From Psammoneis japonica (taxonomy: Eukaryota), in contig QPGO01000152.1 in assembly GCA_008632985.1 (NCBI GenBank), positions 183,249 through 203,248 of the forward strand: 20,000 bases of DNA, in the 5' to 3' direction. This document shows, in pieces, positions 18,947-20,000 of this stretch. The number at the start of each line of letters is the position of its first letter. Position 1 is the stretch's first letter. Both the position numbers and the translations under genes were made by a program. The notes under the pieces were generated by a model, which saw nothing but the letters and a program-made list of their open reading frames with translations, searched no databases and was not told the DNA's origin.

Positions 18947-19393
18947 TGCAGCATGCATGCAGACAAAAGGTCATTTTTGTCACGCCCTTTGTGACATTTA
19001 AAGGCTGCAACACGTCGCCGTGATGCATTGGCTCTCATCAGTGGCTGTGTGCTGCACTCCTCCCCATGTGTCACGCGTCCATGCAGCTCTTTGCTGACGT
19101 GCACTGACACTGCACGGTTTTGGCGGAACAGTGTGGGTGCGTGCGAAGGAACACACAGAACTGCACAGAGTTTTGCGCATTCGACAGTGATCAACGTTGC
19201 TGCAGACAACTCCCACTCAGGGTTTCGAACCCCTGGCCTCCTGCCCAATGGTTGCGATGAACCACTCCGCTGTGAATTCACAATGCAGCATGCATGCAGA
19301 CAAAAGGTCATTTTTGTCACACCCTTTGTGACATTTAAAGGCTGCAACACGTCGCCGTGATGCGTTGACTCTCATCAGCAGCTGTGTGTTGCA
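18947..19393 (-). mobile_element. Non-autonomous miniature LTR retroelement (TRIM-like), 447 bp; LTRs 18947-19056 and 19284-19393
   Basis: Two 110-bp direct repeats with TG...CA ends and 6 differences. A 4-bp target duplication CACC sits at 18943-18946 and 19394-19397, and the empty site GTGTCTCTGCCCACCTTCTTC is preserved at 19441-19461. A polypurine tract GGGGAGGAG (minus, 19065-19057) abuts the LTR and fixes the orientation. The 227-bp interior has no recognisable gag/pol sequence. Confidence 0.85.
19218..19272 (-). promoter_or_regulatory. tRNA-like Pol III internal promoter (A box + B box) inside the mini-LTR element
   Basis: Minus strand: CAGCGGAGTGG (A-box consensus TRGCNNARYGG, T>C at the first base) with a D-stem-like GCG...CGC, then GGTTCGAAACC (B box) within CAGGGG-TTCGAAA-CCCTG. 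There is no intact acceptor or anticodon stem. Confidence 0.55.
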
Positions 19394-19498
19394 CACCTTC
19401 TTCTGGATTGACGAGTCTCTGCACTTTGGTTGCCACAACTGTGTCTCTGCCCACCTTCTTCTGGATTGATGAGTCTCTGCACTTTGGTTGCCACAACT
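19394..19498. repeat. 58-bp-period tandem duplication in the host sequence; the first copy is interrupted by the mini-LTR element
   Basis: CACCTTCTTCTGGATTGA(C/T)GAGTCTCTGCACTTTGGTTGCCACAACT starts at 19394 and at 19452, with a single CG/TG difference. The 5' part of copy 1 lies at 18929-18946. Confidence 0.85.
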
Positions 19499-20000
19499 TT
19501 GTGTTGTTTTCTGAGGGGGTTGTTGTTTCATCAGTGCTCCTCCCAGTGCTGGTGGTGTGCACATTGCTGCCCGGCCATTTGCCGCCGCAATCTGGGGATT
19601 TCCCTGCATTTGCAAATGTCATGGCCTGAGCGTCAGACAGCCATCAATTTGCTTGTCATCACATGTTCACTGACACAATTTGAGCTCACTAACCTGAGTT
19701 TCAAAAACACAGCATTTGGCTGGGACTGAATGTTCAAAATGCCAATTTTTCAAATTCCGTTTCCCACAATTCCAACATTTGTGTCTGTCCAGCTGTGGGG
19801 CGTGCCGCTCTCAATCAGCTCTCACACCTGCACAACAATCTGATGTTAAAATCAACCAATTCACTTGCTTCCTGCAGTTCTCCCTTTGTTTTCATCAATC
19901 TTGGAATCCCCACCCTGCAATTTGATCCTTGCGCATGGTTTGTTCCTGCTGTTGCCAGTGCAAGCCTTGCTGAGTCAGTTGCGTCAATGTTGCTGCTGGT

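Larger units (their letters stand above)
18000..20000. mobile_element. Degenerate, hypermutated repeat/transposon-derived region (TpA- and CpG-depleted, TG/CA-rich); continues beyond the window
   Basis: Only 5 TpA in 18121-20000 and about 11 CpG in 18121-18946 (hand counts). It also has a nested LTR element, a local tandem duplication and broken reading frames. The left boundary is approximate and the superfamily is not identifiable. Confidence 0.7.

Noticed and set aside
19218..19280. Possible functional tRNA gene (minus strand)
   Set aside because: A and B boxes are present, but the acceptor stem does not pair and the anticodon arm is too short. Kept only as a tRNA-like promoter.
19271..19283. 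Tf1-type self-priming PBS (TTGTGA pairing with TCACAA in the LTR)
   Set aside because: Only about 6 bp of complementarity, too short to distinguish from chance.
18947..19498. Direct repeats as a CRISPR array or satellite
   Set aside because: Only two copies of each repeat (110 bp and 58 bp) in a eukaryotic context. The LTR, TSD and PPT explain the structure.
17761..19925. Many overlapping 70-250 aa ORFs on both strands
   Set aside because: They are a by-product of TpA loss, which removes TAA/TAG stops. The products are Tyr-free and C/H/M-rich with no recognisable domains.

Overview
This is eukaryotic nuclear DNA, very probably from a diatom or other ochrophyte: genes are compact, GT-AG introns are about 80-190 nt, and one gene carries an 'ASAF' bipartite plastid-targeting presequence. 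Bases 1 to ~17,750 are gene-dense. In order they hold the 5' part of a possible PAN2-like gene (-), a 5-exon 975-aa glutaredoxin + DUF4395-like + SLAC1/TehA channel + hemerythrin fusion (+), and a 1421-aa chromatin reader with Zn-knuckle, PHD, PWWP, chromo and C2H2 domains (-). These are followed by a PEX13-like gene (+), a USP deubiquitinase (-), a frameshifted saccharopine-dehydrogenase-like oxidoreductase (-), POP4/RPP29 (+), and a 92-aa spliced plastid membrane protein missed by the ORF track (-). From ~18,000 to the end the DNA becomes degenerate repeat sequence with TpA almost erased (5 in 1,880 nt by hand count), CpG depleted and TG/CA enriched. That zone holds a Tyr-less fossil ORF and a 447-bp mini LTR element (110-bp LTRs, CACC target duplication, polypurine tract, tRNA-like A/B boxes). 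The two most interesting signals are the putative redox/metal-sensing channel fusion and the apparent repeat-directed TA->TG/CA hypermutation, which runs opposite to fungal RIP. All family calls come from motif recognition, not database searches.
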